Shown here in pieces: positions 1 through 9,694 of a DNA stretch of 64,000 nucleotides. A program made the position numbers and the translations under genes. How positions within the stretch are numbered: the first letter of the stretch is position 1; each line of letters opens with the position of its first letter. Source of the DNA: Chlamydiia bacterium (lineage in GTDB: Bacteria; Chlamydiota; Chlamydiia; Chlamydiales; RGXB01); contig JBEIFH010000002.1 in NCBI GenBank assembly GCA_040382515.1, positions 29,806-93,805 on the forward strand, in the 5' to 3' direction. The notes below the pieces were generated by a model that was not told where the DNA came from, searched no databases, and worked only from the letters and a program-made list of their open reading frames with translations.

Positions 1-1
1 A

Positions 2-784
2 TATCGCCTCTATGATTTTCCTTCCAAAAACGGTCTTGTTTGGGATGATCAAATCCGCGATACCATCAGGAGATTTGCCCGTATGGATCAGGGGCAGGTA
101 CCAGCGCTTTATTCCCAGATTCATAGTCCAGACATTGTAAAAATGGTCACCTGCCACGATGGTTTCACCCTTTACGATCTTGTAAGCTATGAACACAAAC
201 ACAACCTGATCAACGGAAACAAAAATCGGGATGGACACTCCTGGAACTATAGCTCGAATTGTGGATTCGAGGGGGAAACAAAAGACATGAGAATCATGAC
301 CAAAAGAATCCGTCGAGCCGAAACAATCTTTGCTCTACTTTTTTGCTTCAACGGGCCTATCCTAATCAACGCAGGGGATGAATTCTTAAGTACACATTAT
401 GGCAACAACAATCCCTACAATCAAGATAACCGGATTAGCTACTTGGAATGGAATCGACAAATTTACCCAAATTTCAAAGATTTTACCCAAAAACTGATCC
501 ATATTTTTAAAAATAGCTCTCTTTCAAATCCTCTTGCGATGGTGCAATTTTACGGCAGCTCACCCCACGAGCTTGGTCTTCTCCACTCAGACCATTTTTT
601 TTCATTCTCCAAAACAGATCGAACAAGCTCTGTTTTTATCGCAATCAATAGTTGGAAAGATCCGATCGAAGTCACGTTGCCGGTTTTGAGCAAGGGACAA
701 TGGGAAATCGTTTTATCCACCTCGGTTAATCCGCTAGTTTTAGAGGAAAACACCATTCTGATAGCGCTTTGCGATCTTACGTAA
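2..784 (+). CDS. glgX: Glycogen debranching enzyme GlgX (GH13 isoamylase-type), C-terminal part; 5' end lies outside the window
   Basis: The frame is open from nt 2 with no stop before the listed Met at 83. Translation carries VTCHDGFTLYDLVSYEHKHN..NG..NRDG...N.S.NCG.EGET.D and GDEF...H.GNNNPYNQDN, typical of GlgX/isoamylase C-terminal halves. Confidence 0.8.
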   Translation, partial: YRLYDFPSKNGLVWDDQIRDTIRRFARMDQGQVPALYSQIHSPDIVKMVTCHDGFTLYDLVSYEHKHNLINGNKNRDGHSWNYSSNCGFEGETKDMRIMTKRIRRAETIFALLFCFNGPILINAGDEFLSTHYGNNNPYNQDNRISYLEWNRQIYPNFKDFTQKLIHIFKNSSLSNPLAMVQFYGSSPHELGLLHSDHFFSFSKTDRTSSVFIAINSWKDPIEVTLPVLSKGQWEIVLSTSVNPLVLEENTILIALCDLT

Positions 785-822
785 TCCCATTCTGATAGCT
801 TTTTTACCGATCTCACGTAATC
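753..822. repeat. Imperfect tandem duplication (34 + 36 bp) straddling the glgX stop codon
   Basis: ccattctgatagcgctttgcgatcttacgtaatc (753-786) is followed directly by ccattctgatagcttttttaccgatctcacgtaatc (787-822). The glgX TAA lies inside copy 1. Confidence 0.75.
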
Positions 823-1033
823 CCTTAAGATGAAAAAGCGGGCAAACAGACCTGCTTTTTCTAGAAATTTGGCGGTGTCCATTTTTTGGGATCTAAACGG
901 GTGTCGGGCTCTAAAGCCAAAAGAAATCTTTCTTAATGCCGTCAAGGCCCTTTTTCAAAAGAAATCTTGAAATATTTTTTTTTCATAGAGGAAATTGTTG
1001 GCAACATTTCTTACAAGAAGTTATTGTAAAAAT

Positions 1034-1696
1034 ATGCTTCTTAGACACGCTATTCAAAATTTTTTCAAATCCTCCATCGTCTGTTTTCTTTTTTTTGGAT
1101 GCTCGCAAATGCATTTTCAGGATCAAACAGCCTACCATGACGATGGGAGAAAAAAACCGATGGTTTGCTTGCTTGGGGTATTCGATTCCTCCATGTCCGA
1201 CCTACCCTGGAGCCTTTCTGAGGAGTTCACCCTATCAATCCAACAGACAATCATGCAGTCGAAGCAACTCTATCTTCTGCAAGATTATCCCTTGGTCAAT
1301 TACCTCCTTTCTCAAGAAAGGAGCTACAAACCCTTTCTTCAAGATCTCAATGTGCTCCATAACCTCCCCCTACAATCGGAATATGTGGTTTTTCTGGAAT
1401 TGATTCGACACAATCTGGACAAATCGTCGGACGGGATTAGGCTTACCGAGCATCTGGATATGGCGGTCAGAGTCCGAATCATCGACTTAAGAGGAAAGGC
1501 GCCCCGTATTGTCCTGCAGGAGGTTTTTGAGAAAAAAACAGACATCTTAAGCTCCTTATCTCTTGTGGATTATAGAAGCACAACATGGGGCTCCGCCTCT
1601 TTTTCGGTACTCCCCCTAGGTGTTGCCCACAATGACTTCTGCCGCGCTTTGGCAGAAAGAATTGAGGAGTACATTCTGGTAGCTAAATATAAGTAG
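1034..1696 (+). CDS. Putative lipoprotein, function unknown
   Basis: ATG at 1034 gives MLLRHAIQNFFKSSIVCFLFFGC-SQ, a hydrophobic leader ending in a lipobox-like FFGC. The ORF track start at 995 is a TTG. No recognisable catalytic motif. Confidence 0.5.
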   Translation: MLLRHAIQNFFKSSIVCFLFFGCSQMHFQDQTAYHDDGRKKPMVCLLGVFDSSMSDLPWSLSEEFTLSIQQTIMQSKQLYLLQDYPLVNYLLSQERSYKPFLQDLNVLHNLPLQSEYVVFLELIRHNLDKSSDGIRLTEHLDMAVRVRIIDLRGKAPRIVLQEVFEKKTDILSSLSLVDYRSTTWGSASFSVLPLGVAHNDFCRALAERIEEYILVAKYK

Positions 1697-1704
1697 AGAG
1701 TCTT

Positions 1705-2487
1705 ATGGACGTGAAAAATTTCTTGGTTTCATCCCTAGTTTTGCTTGGCATCTCCTTTTTTACACACTGGTTAGGATACAAAAAAAATCTCTTCAGCTTG
1801 TTCAAAACCTCGTTCCAATCAAAATTATACCCTGTAACCGCGGGTCTCTTGACGCTCCTTTCTATTTTTTGCTACCTTTTTCCCATCCCTTTTATCCCTT
1901 GGTACATACCTCTTATTCTTTTGTTGTTTTATTTTGGCCTAAAAGGAAAAGAGCAGTTCGCTTCCTTGATAAAAGATCCTATGACGCTGCCAAAAACGGG
2001 GCTTCTTTGGGATCTCGCCATTGGGGTCATTCTTTTTATCGTCTCTCTCCCCTTCCTCTCTTTTATACAAAACGGGTTGGAATGGGTCCTCACCTATTTT
2101 TTCAAGATGGAAATTCCGAAGCAATACTTCATCGATTTTATTCAACAAATCAAAGGAAATAAACCCCTTCTTGCTTTCTTTTTCTCCCTTGTCTGTGTCC
2201 TCGTACCCGCCTATGAGGAGTTTCTATACAGGGCCAATATCCAAACTTGGCTTAAAAACTACCTCTCCCCTTTCTGGGCGATTTTCTTTACCTCCCTATT
2301 TTTTTCTATCTCCCACTTCTTTACGATCGAAACTATCCCCGGAAAAGTCATCGTAATAGCTACAACATTCACCGCATCTATGTATTTGGGCTTTGCCTAT
2401 GAACGGCAACGTTCTTTGATCGCCTCGATCGCATACCATTCGATGATCAACACAACAACTTTTTTGCAAGTGCTCATGACCGCTTAA
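1705..2487 (+). CDS. CPBP-family intramembrane metalloprotease (CAAX protease / Abi-like)
   Basis: Polytopic membrane protein with the three family motifs: EEFLYR (EExxxR), FFSISHFF (FxxxH) and YHSMIN (HxxxN). Confidence 0.75.
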   Translation: MDVKNFLVSSLVLLGISFFTHWLGYKKNLFSLFKTSFQSKLYPVTAGLLTLLSIFCYLFPIPFIPWYIPLILLLFYFGLKGKEQFASLIKDPMTLPKTGLLWDLAIGVILFIVSLPFLSFIQNGLEWVLTYFFKMEIPKQYFIDFIQQIKGNKPLLAFFFSLVCVLVPAYEEFLYRANIQTWLKNYLSPFWAIFFTSLFFSISHFFTIETIPGKVIVIATTFTASMYLGFAYERQRSLIASIAYHSMINTTTFLQVLMTA

Positions 2488-2569
2488 AAAAACACAGACC
2501 CACTCTTAACAAAAAATATTTAAAAATAAATCTTTACAAAATAAAAACGGTCGCTCTAAGCTGGGTTTT

Positions 2570-3325
2570 ATGATGGATCCAACCTATGGCCTCAGCGCTT
2601 TTGGCCACTCTGACAAAGGACTTTTTAGACAAAACAACGAAGACTATTTTGCTGTTTACGATGATTTATTTATTGTTGCAGACGGTCTTGGAGGTCACAA
2701 TGCCGGGGAAATCGCCTCTAAGATGGCTGTAGAAACGATCGCTGATAAAATCGAAACCCTAAGACCCATGCTTATAGAGGGTCAAGACTCTTTGAAAAAT
2801 CATATCCGCTATCTTGTAAAAGAGACCTCTAGGCATATTTACGAGACCGCCCTCAAAAGCCCCGAGCAAAAAGGGATGGGGACTACTATTGCATCCCTTT
2901 GGATACAAAAAGACCGATGCACCGCTTTTCATGTTGGCGATAGCAGGATCTACCGCTACAGGGATGGAAAATTGTCCCTTATAACAAGCGACCATGCGAA
3001 TGAGGTGAGCGTCGATGAAGACCAATTGGGAGAAATCAGACGCCGTTATCTAACACAGGCTATTGGGACAACTCTAGACTGCGAGGCAAAAGTGATTTTT
3101 GAGGACTTATGTCCGCAGGATCGTTTTATCGTTTGCTCCGACGGACTTACCGACTACGTAACCACCAAAGAAATGGAGCTCCTTCTTTTAAAAAACAGCG
3201 ATGCCAAACAGGCAACCCATGCTCTGATAGAAGCCGCTTTAAGTCGCGGCGGCCGAGACAATATCACCACGATTGTCCTAAATGTCTCTAAACAGAAAGA
3301 ACAGTCAATTGATCTAGAAAATTGA
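2570..3325 (+). CDS. PP2C-family Ser/Thr protein phosphatase
   Basis: Motifs NEDYF, VADGLGGHNAGEIAS, GMGTT, HVGDSRIY, CSDGL and GGRDNIT. Confidence 0.85.
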   Translation: MMDPTYGLSAFGHSDKGLFRQNNEDYFAVYDDLFIVADGLGGHNAGEIASKMAVETIADKIETLRPMLIEGQDSLKNHIRYLVKETSRHIYETALKSPEQKGMGTTIASLWIQKDRCTAFHVGDSRIYRYRDGKLSLITSDHANEVSVDEDQLGEIRRRYLTQAIGTTLDCEAKVIFEDLCPQDRFIVCSDGLTDYVTTKEMELLLLKNSDAKQATHALIEAALSRGGRDNITTIVLNVSKQKEQSIDLEN

Positions 3326-3737
3326 AAAAATCTATCTTGGATTTTTCCTCGTGAAATAAAGCCATTGCCAAAACTTTTTTACCCTTGGATTCCATTGCTC
3401 TAGCTACAAAAATCCAAGAAAATAAAAAAGGGTCTTGATATGTTCCCACCTCCAAAATTTTTCCCGTATGCATACGCACTTTTGTAAATCTCAAGGGGGA
3501 TAAAATCCTTTCAAGCTTTTGTAAAACCTGTTTTCCCTCCTCAAAATCCTGGAGCTTTCTCAACACTAAAAGAGATGTTTTTTCCTCAAAAACATAGGCG
3601 GATCCCCTCACGTTTTTTTTCAATAATGAAGGTTGCAGAATGCTTTCCAGAGCCACCCCTCCCACCTCCATTTTTGAAAAAAGAAGTAGCGGATAAAAAA
3701 GAGTAAGGACCAATTTCATAGAAAATAATTTAAACAT
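3288..3737 (-). CDS. Hypothetical protein with N-terminal hydrophobic leader
   Basis: 149-aa ORF. N-terminus MKLVLTLFYPLLLF looks like a signal or anchor. No motif recognised. Its 3' end overlaps the PP2C gene by 38 nt. Confidence 0.4.
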   Translation of the reverse strand: MFKLFSMKLVLTLFYPLLLFSKMEVGGVALESILQPSLLKKNVRGSAYVFEEKTSLLVLRKLQDFEEGKQVLQKLERILSPLRFTKVRMHTGKILEVGTYQDPFLFSWIFVARAMESKGKKVLAMALFHEEKSKIDFFNFLDQLTVLSV

Positions 3738-3905
3738 CCGTTGCTTTTACTTAAAGATATTTTTGATTTTTGGGCTAAAATTAGAGAATCATTTTTTGAT
3801 CCTCTTGTTGAGGCGGTAGGAATAACGGATTAAGTAAAGATCCCCTTCACAAAGCGATCGTTATTGTTGGTTTTTAACTCCCCTAAATATTAAAATAAGT
3901 AGGCT

Positions 3906-5009
3906 ATGATTTACTTGGACAACAACGCGACCACACCTCTCGATCCCCTTGTATTTGAGGAGATGCGGCGGATTTATATGATGGGGCCTTTAAACCCCTC
4001 TTCTATCCACCACCTCGGCAAAAAAGCTAAAGAAATTATTTTAATTTCTAGAGACCAAATAGCCGGGTTTTTTGACGTTTTTCCAAACGAACTCTATTTC
4101 ACCTCCTCAAGCACCGAGTCTCTCTCTACAGTGATACTGGGCCACATACGCGCTAAAAACGTCCGAAAAATTCTTTCCACAAAAATTGAACATAACGCAG
4201 TCGATGCCCTGCTGAAGAAACTCTCCCATGAGGGGATCCAAATCAGCTACCTTCCAGTAGGTATTGAGGGAAGTCCGTCGTTAGAGTCGATAGAAAAAGC
4301 CCTTACCCCCGATCTTGAACTTGTAGTCCTCTCCAGCGTCTACTCGGAAACGGGGGCGATGATCGATCTAGAGGGGATCAGCGAGCTTCTTTATAAAAGA
4401 AATATTCCGTTGATTATCGATGCCACAGCACATATCGGCAAAGCCCCCTTTATTGTACATAGGGGTATTTCGGCCTTCACTCTATCGGCACATAAATTTC
4501 ATGGCCCTCAAGGGGTCGGGCTATTTTTTGCCCGAAAGAATTTCCCCTTTCACCCTCTCCTTATAGGGGGGCACCAGGAGATGCAGCGCCGTGCAGGGAC
4601 AGAGAATGTCGCAGGGATCGTCGGATTAGCAAAAGCTTTAGATTTGATTGAACCTTCCCATTTTTCCTACATGAAAGGGCTCAAAACCGTTCTCTTGGAT
4701 TCAGTCTCTTCTTTAGGTTCTTTGAATGGGCGTGGGGAAATTGTTTCGAATACCTTCAATATGGCATTTGATACATGCGATGCAGAAACCTTGATGATCC
4801 GTCTGGATCAAAAAGGGGTTTTTGTGTCGATGGGGTCAGCCTGTTCCAGCGGCTCAATCGAACCCTCCCGTGTCTTGCTTGAAATGGGGTTAAAAAGAGA
4901 TGAGGCGAGATCCAGCTTACGTTTTTCCGTTTCGCGTAAAAATAACCTTGTGGAGATGCAAGCTGCGGCCCGATTGATTAGGGAAGAATTGTGCGGATGT
5001 GCACTCTAG
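3906..5009 (+). CDS. Cysteine desulfurase (NifS/IscS-type class V aminotransferase)
   Basis: IYLDNNATTP start, PLP-lysine context SAHKFHGPQGVG, and active-site cysteine loop SMGSACSSGSIEPS. Confidence 0.85.
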   Translation: MIYLDNNATTPLDPLVFEEMRRIYMMGPLNPSSIHHLGKKAKEIILISRDQIAGFFDVFPNELYFTSSSTESLSTVILGHIRAKNVRKILSTKIEHNAVDALLKKLSHEGIQISYLPVGIEGSPSLESIEKALTPDLELVVLSSVYSETGAMIDLEGISELLYKRNIPLIIDATAHIGKAPFIVHRGISAFTLSAHKFHGPQGVGLFFARKNFPFHPLLIGGHQEMQRRAGTENVAGIVGLAKALDLIEPSHFSYMKGLKTVLLDSVSSLGSLNGRGEIVSNTFNMAFDTCDAETLMIRLDQKGVFVSMGSACSSGSIEPSRVLLEMGLKRDEARSSLRFSVSRKNNLVEMQAAARLIREELCGCAL

Positions 5010-6189
5010 CATCCCCCAAAAAATCCCCCTCTTTGTAAATCAGCTCCAAATTCTTGAAACGGATCGATTCCCTCGAGTGGGGGCGCCGTTTTAGAACCTC
5101 TTCCATAAATTCGATCAACGTCTCTCCGTACTCTTTTGGCAGATCAAGATCAAACTGGGCGTTGACTTTATCTATCTCTGCATAGAGGTCAAACGAACGA
5201 TCGATCATAATATGCCCATGGGGTCCTAACTCTTTTTCTGACAAAAACATCGCCTGTAAAATCTGGTCCAGGTGAACGACCCCGACGGAGAGGCCGGTTG
5301 CATCGACAACGATTGCTATAGGCTGCCCATTTTTTCTAAAACCCTCGATCACTTTGAACACCGATTCGTTTTCGGCAACAAACCATCCATCCTGCATGTA
5401 AAGATCGCATCGGGCGTCATCCGAGGCCTTTAGAAGGTTTCTTGTGCTTATAATTCCTACAATCGTATGCCTTTGGTGATAGTAAACCGGAAGATGCTCA
5501 ATATTTTTATCCCTTATCAATCTTTTGATGTCTTTGATTCGTGTCCCTGTGGGAATCATTTCAACTTCATCAATAGGTGTCATGAAATCGCGCGGTGTAC
5601 GGGATTTTAAGCTGAATATAGCGTTGATCAGGTGGTTGAATTCCTCCTTTTCACTCACAGCGTGTTTTTCATCCAGCGCCTCAATCGCTTTTTGCAACTC
5701 CTCTTTAGATATGAACGGGACATGCCCACTCTCTTTTTTGAAAAAAAAGTCAATAAGCTCAAGGAGCTTGCCTAAAAACCAGGTTAAGGGGCGCATCAGA
5801 TAAGATAATAGATAGAGAGGGGCTATACCGAGCATCGCGACCGATTCTGGATGCCGTCTTGCAGCAAATAGGGGGGCCAACTCTGCAAAAAGCAATACAA
5901 GTAAAATTTGTGTTACAGGGGCTAAATCGGGATCGAGCCCATTTGATGCGTAAAATCTCCTTGAACACTCCGATCCTATTTGAAGGGCAGCATTCACCCC
6001 TACCAGAGTTGTTGCAAAAAGGCGTGTCGGATCTAAAAGCATCCGGCTGATCCACTTGGCTTTTTTACTGCCGCGCACCAAATAGTACTGCAGTCGCACT
6101 CTATTGAAAGAGACTATAGCCATCTCCATCATCGCAAAAAAAGCCTGGAATACAAGGCAAAGGATGGTCAAAACTAAAAAAAAATTCAT
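4978..6189 (-). CDS. CNNM/TlyC-type protein (DUF21 membrane domain + CBS pair + CorC_HlyC-like C-terminus)
   Basis: N-terminal 4-TM DUF21-like region, central CBS-pair-like region (MTPIDEVEMI...LPVYY...IVGIIS), and a C-terminal transporter-associated-like segment. ATGA overlap with the upstream paralogue. Confidence 0.8.
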   Translation of the reverse strand: MNFFLVLTILCLVFQAFFAMMEMAIVSFNRVRLQYYLVRGSKKAKWISRMLLDPTRLFATTLVGVNAALQIGSECSRRFYASNGLDPDLAPVTQILLVLLFAELAPLFAARRHPESVAMLGIAPLYLLSYLMRPLTWFLGKLLELIDFFFKKESGHVPFISKEELQKAIEALDEKHAVSEKEEFNHLINAIFSLKSRTPRDFMTPIDEVEMIPTGTRIKDIKRLIRDKNIEHLPVYYHQRHTIVGIISTRNLLKASDDARCDLYMQDGWFVAENESVFKVIEGFRKNGQPIAIVVDATGLSVGVVHLDQILQAMFLSEKELGPHGHIMIDRSFDLYAEIDKVNAQFDLDLPKEYGETLIEFMEEVLKRRPHSRESIRFKNLELIYKEGDFLGDARVHIRTILP

Positions 6190-7439
6190 TCCCCCTCCCC
6201 CTTGGTCGGCAATTTACGGATATACACCTTTTGCACCGTTTTTTCATCGGCAGCCAAAATGTGAAAAAGCAGAGGCTCAACAATCAGACGGTCTCCAACT
6301 TTGGGGATATCTCCTAGCCGCTCTGTCAACCATCCCCCGACAGTGACCATGTTTGAGGGGCTTTTAAGCTCCACATCAAAACGATTTTCTATCTCAACAA
6401 TTTCTAACAGGCCGTTTGAAATAAGGATATCTTCCGAGGACTCCAGCAACCGGTTTGGCGGGTCGATCTTGTCCTGAATAGGGCCTACCACAACCTCCAT
6501 CAAATCTTCCAGTGTGATCAGTCCGGCTATCGAACCATATTCGTCTACGACTATCGCTATCTCTTCTTTGCGGAAATGAAACTGCTGCATCAGATGTCTT
6601 GCCGATACCGATTCGGGGACATAAAAAGGTTTTCTCAGTAAAGGGACAACATCAAATCCCTTTCTAAAACCGCGGTTGTGCAAGAAGAGATCCCTAGAAA
6701 AAATAAAACCTAAGATTTTTTCGAGGCTGCCGTCATATACCGGGATTTTTGAACACTCTTTTGTTATCATAGTTTCCAAAAGCTTTTCTATAGGCGATTG
6801 GATATCATAGGCGATGATCTCATGCCTTGAGCGCATCAGCTCTTTGACAATGTGGTCATCCAGATCAAGATACCCGCGCATGAGGTACATCTCGTCGGGA
6901 CTGATCACCCCAAGTTCTTTCGAACTTTTGATTGCGGTTTCTAATTCTTTGACCGAAATCTCTTTTTCTTTAGGGAGAAAACAAAAAATTATTTTACTTA
7001 TAAAGAGGGCTGTTCCGGAAAGTACAAATCGTATGGGCGAAAGACAAATTTTAAAAAAGTGAATGACACGGACAAAACGGTAGGCGATCTGTTTATTGTA
7101 ACGTATTGCGATCGCTTTAGGGAGCATCTCTCCAAAAAGGAGAACTAAAACGAGGGGCACTCCGACCGAGAGAAGAAAAGACCCCCCGTCGCCAAATACG
7201 TTGGCTACAACATTCTGGATTAAAATATTGACCGCTATATTCAGCATCAATAGGCTCACAAGCAACTGATGCGGGGTACTGAGCAATTCCGCGATCAGCC
7301 TTTTTTTAGGATTGGGATCTCTTTTATAGAGATGAATTTTCAAGGAAGATAGTGAGAAAAAAGCGGTCTCGGATCCCGAAAGAAATGCCGAAAAGGAGAT
7401 TAAAGCAATCAGTATTGCTATGAAAAAACCTAACCACAT
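6186..7439 (-). CDS. CNNM/TlyC-type protein (DUF21 + CBS pair + CorC_HlyC), paralogue of the downstream gene
   Basis: SGSETAFFSL and GEMLPK DUF21 hallmarks, CBS region (IPVYDGSLEKILGFIFSRDL...IAIVVDEYGSIAGLITLEDL), and C-terminal VTVGGWLTERLGDIPKVGD. Confidence 0.8.
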   Translation of the reverse strand: MWLGFFIAILIALISFSAFLSGSETAFFSLSSLKIHLYKRDPNPKKRLIAELLSTPHQLLVSLLMLNIAVNILIQNVVANVFGDGGSFLLSVGVPLVLVLLFGEMLPKAIAIRYNKQIAYRFVRVIHFFKICLSPIRFVLSGTALFISKIIFCFLPKEKEISVKELETAIKSSKELGVISPDEMYLMRGYLDLDDHIVKELMRSRHEIIAYDIQSPIEKLLETMITKECSKIPVYDGSLEKILGFIFSRDLFLHNRGFRKGFDVVPLLRKPFYVPESVSARHLMQQFHFRKEEIAIVVDEYGSIAGLITLEDLMEVVVGPIQDKIDPPNRLLESSEDILISNGLLEIVEIENRFDVELKSPSNMVTVGGWLTERLGDIPKVGDRLIVEPLLFHILAADEKTVQKVYIRKLPTKGEGE

Positions 7440-7442
7440 ACT

Positions 7443-7730
7443 TTAATGGGACCTGAACACAATTTTCGTCTCCTTCTGACGAACAAGGCCTAGCTCTTCT
7501 TTAACGACCTCATCTAACCAGAAAGGGTCCTGAAAAGCCTCTATATCTCGAGATAACTCCTCTTTTCTTTGTTTTGCAAGATGAATAAATTGATTGAGCT
7601 GCTCAATTTTGTAAAAAGATGCCTGAGAGTCAACATGTAATTGACGTGTAAGAGAATTGCCAACAAAGTGGATTGTGAAAACTAGAAATACGACCCAAAA
7701 CCAGGAGCGATATTTTTTGATGCGTTGCAT
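7443..7730 (-). CDS. Septum-formation-initiator-like protein (FtsB/DivIC family candidate)
   Basis: 95 aa with one N-terminal TM (WFWVVFLVFTIHF), a coiled-coil-like middle and the C-terminal motif DEVVKEELGLVRQKETKIVF. That motif resembles the FtsB/DivIC ...ARxELxxVxPGExxF ending. The stop lies 3 nt before the next gene's start. Confidence 0.5.
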   Translation of the reverse strand: MQRIKKYRSWFWVVFLVFTIHFVGNSLTRQLHVDSQASFYKIEQLNQFIHLAKQRKEELSRDIEAFQDPFWLDEVVKEELGLVRQKETKIVFRSH

Positions 7731-7742
7731 ATTCAGATAAAA

Positions 7743-7769
7743 CTTACCGGCGAGAAATACGCCGGTAAG
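7743..7769 (-). terminator. Rho-independent terminator candidate after the small acidic secreted-protein gene
   Basis: Perfect 10-bp stem cttaccggcg/cgccggtaag with a 7-nt loop. On the minus strand it is followed by TTTTAT. Confidence 0.6.
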
Positions 7770-7780
7770 GAATCAAAAGA

Positions 7781-7963
7781 CTATTTTTGATCTTTTTGCT
7801 CTTCATCTTCATGAACGATTTCGTTATCTTCATCAGCATGAGCTATGTCTGCTGAGTGTTCAATAACAACAACTTCTTCTTGTTGTTTTTCTTCTTCATT
7901 TGCAAATGCATTGATAGAAAGAAGAGATACGAGAGCTGCCGCTAAGACTGATCTGATTTTCAT
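7781..7963 (-). CDS. Small secreted, highly acidic protein (hypothetical)
   Basis: ATG at 7963 is preceded by GGAG 8 nt upstream. MKIRSVLAAALVSLLSINAFA-NEEE is a classical signal peptide with an AFA cleavage site. The mature part is E/D/H-rich. Confidence 0.5.
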   Translation of the reverse strand: MKIRSVLAAALVSLLSINAFANEEEKQQEEVVVIEHSADIAHADEDNEIVHEDEEQKDQK

Positions 7964-8227
7964 ATTATCACTCCAATTATGTTTGGTTGGGGAATAAAGC
8001 AAATATACTTTAATATTGAGAAAATTTCAACGATGAAAAATGGGAAGAGGTAAACAATTCTAATTTTAATAGAAACCTATTCTCAATTTTCCCGTCGTTA
8101 ATAATTTCAAATAAATACCGTTCTAGACCTTACAAGAGTGGATTCTACGCATGTAGATAAAAGAGCTATGAACTCCTTAAAAAAATAAAAAACCTTTTTC
8201 GACGTGAAGATATTAGAGGTCCCATTT

Positions 8228-8581
8228 ATGGAAGCCATCACATTAAAAAAACTCAAAACCATGCTATTGGATAATCAAAACCCCATTTTTTTGCTAGACG
8301 TCCGCACGCCTCAAGAGCACTATAGCAAACGGATCAAAGGGTCAATAAACATCCCTCTTGACATACTCCCCTCACAAATATCCATCCTCAAAGATCAACC
8401 TTGCATCGTTGTCCACTGCGCGCATGGATTCAGAGCTAAAAGGGCAGCCGAATTTCTTTACGAAAGAGAGCAGCTCTCTGTTTATTATGTCAAAGGGGAT
8501 ATTGAGCTATGGGAACAGGCGGAACTTCCAGTTCTTTATGAAGATGGTGTTGCAGGGCCATCTGAAGGAGCGAGTCGATAA
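8228..8581 (+). CDS. Single-domain rhodanese-like sulfurtransferase
   Basis: LLDVRTPQEHYSKRIKGSINIP and the active-site loop VVHCAHGFRAKRAA (CxxxxxR). ATG 8228 has AGAGG 8 nt upstream. The ORF track starts at GTG 8204. Confidence 0.75.
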   Translation: MEAITLKKLKTMLLDNQNPIFLLDVRTPQEHYSKRIKGSINIPLDILPSQISILKDQPCIVVHCAHGFRAKRAAEFLYEREQLSVYYVKGDIELWEQAELPVLYEDGVAGPSEGASR

Positions 8582-9536
8582 GGGCAGTGTAACTGACACC
8601 CGTAATGCTCATTAGTTTCGGATATAAACTGATTGGGGTGAACCCAGGGATGGTATTGACCTCGTTGACATAGAGCGTTCCGTCGTAGAAAAAATCTACT
8701 CGGGCCATCATATCACATTCAAGTATTCTAAAGACCTTTAAAGCCTGCTGGCGTACCTGATATTCCAATTCTTCAGGGATACAAGCAGGCGCTACTACCT
8801 CAGCACCGTCGGATAAAATATACTTGGCTTCATAATCATAAAATTCATTTTTTGGAATCACCTGTCCAACTTTTGAAACAACCGGATTATCCAGACCTAA
8901 GACAGCACACTCCAGCTCAATGCCTCTTATCGCTTTTTCTACAAGAACCTTTGTTGAGAATTTTTTTGCCATATCTATAGCTTTGATAAGATCTTCTCTC
9001 CCTTTTACTTTTGAAACACCAATAGAAGAGCCGCTCGCTGCGGGTTTAACAAAACAAGGGTATCCGATCCTCTTTTCTAAAATCTCAAGGTCGACTGTAT
9101 CGTAGGGGCCAATACAAACCCAATCGGATACCTTCACGCCGGCTTGCACCAGCAATCTTTTAGCAACCTCTTTGTCCCAGCACAAAGAGGAGGAGAGGAC
9201 TGAAGCGCCTACAAAAGGGACACCCAGCAACCTAAAAGCACCCTGAACCGACCCATCCTCAGCATAATCACCATGCATAAGTGGGAAAACGACATCAAAT
9301 TTTTTTAAATCCTCTAGGTAAGACGGGTTGTCTGCCACATCAAAGCGGCTATACGGATGAAATCTCTCAAGGAATTCCTCTTTAGAAAAAAACTGTAATC
9401 TATTTTCAAAATCCAGACCAGCTATCGTCACCTCAAATTTTTTTGATGTATAGGACGTCAGTACCGATCTCACAGAGGTGATCGAGACCCCATGCTCATA
9501 AGATCTCCCCCCAAATAAAAAACAGGCCCTTTTCAT
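8490..9536 (-). CDS. ddl: D-alanine--D-alanine ligase
   Basis: FGGRSYEHGVS, HGDYAEDGSVQG, VKPAASGSSIGVS and EVNTIPGFT motifs. It is stand-alone, not fused to murC. Confidence 0.9.
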   Translation of the reverse strand: MKRACFLFGGRSYEHGVSITSVRSVLTSYTSKKFEVTIAGLDFENRLQFFSKEEFLERFHPYSRFDVADNPSYLEDLKKFDVVFPLMHGDYAEDGSVQGAFRLLGVPFVGASVLSSSLCWDKEVAKRLLVQAGVKVSDWVCIGPYDTVDLEILEKRIGYPCFVKPAASGSSIGVSKVKGREDLIKAIDMAKKFSTKVLVEKAIRGIELECAVLGLDNPVVSKVGQVIPKNEFYDYEAKYILSDGAEVVAPACIPEELEYQVRQQALKVFRILECDMMARVDFFYDGTLYVNEVNTIPGFTPISLYPKLMSITGVSYTALIDSLLQMALQHHLHKELEVPPVPIAQYPL

Positions 9537-9694
9537 CGTATCCCTATTGAAATTCCGTGATTTGTGAAAAACCTATCTTAAGAATCTTTTCCACGTAAAT
9601 ACTTTTTTTCAGCTCGCCCCCCTTTTTTTCCAAATTAGCGCCCCTTAAATGCTTTTACGCATTTATCCAAGTTTGCTATACTCCCTCCATCCTT

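Noticed and set aside
550-1403. ORFs 550..945 (-) and 936..1403 (+)
   Set aside because: The first is antisense to the glgX 3' end and its repeat. The second is an alternative frame of the lipoprotein gene. Both have low-complexity, Arg/Ser/Phe-rich translations typical of off-frame reads.
8003-8203. 200-nt AT-rich gap between the acidic secreted-protein gene and the rhodanese gene as a possible sRNA locus
   Set aside because: There is no convincing stem-loop, terminator or conserved motif. It is most simply a divergent promoter region.
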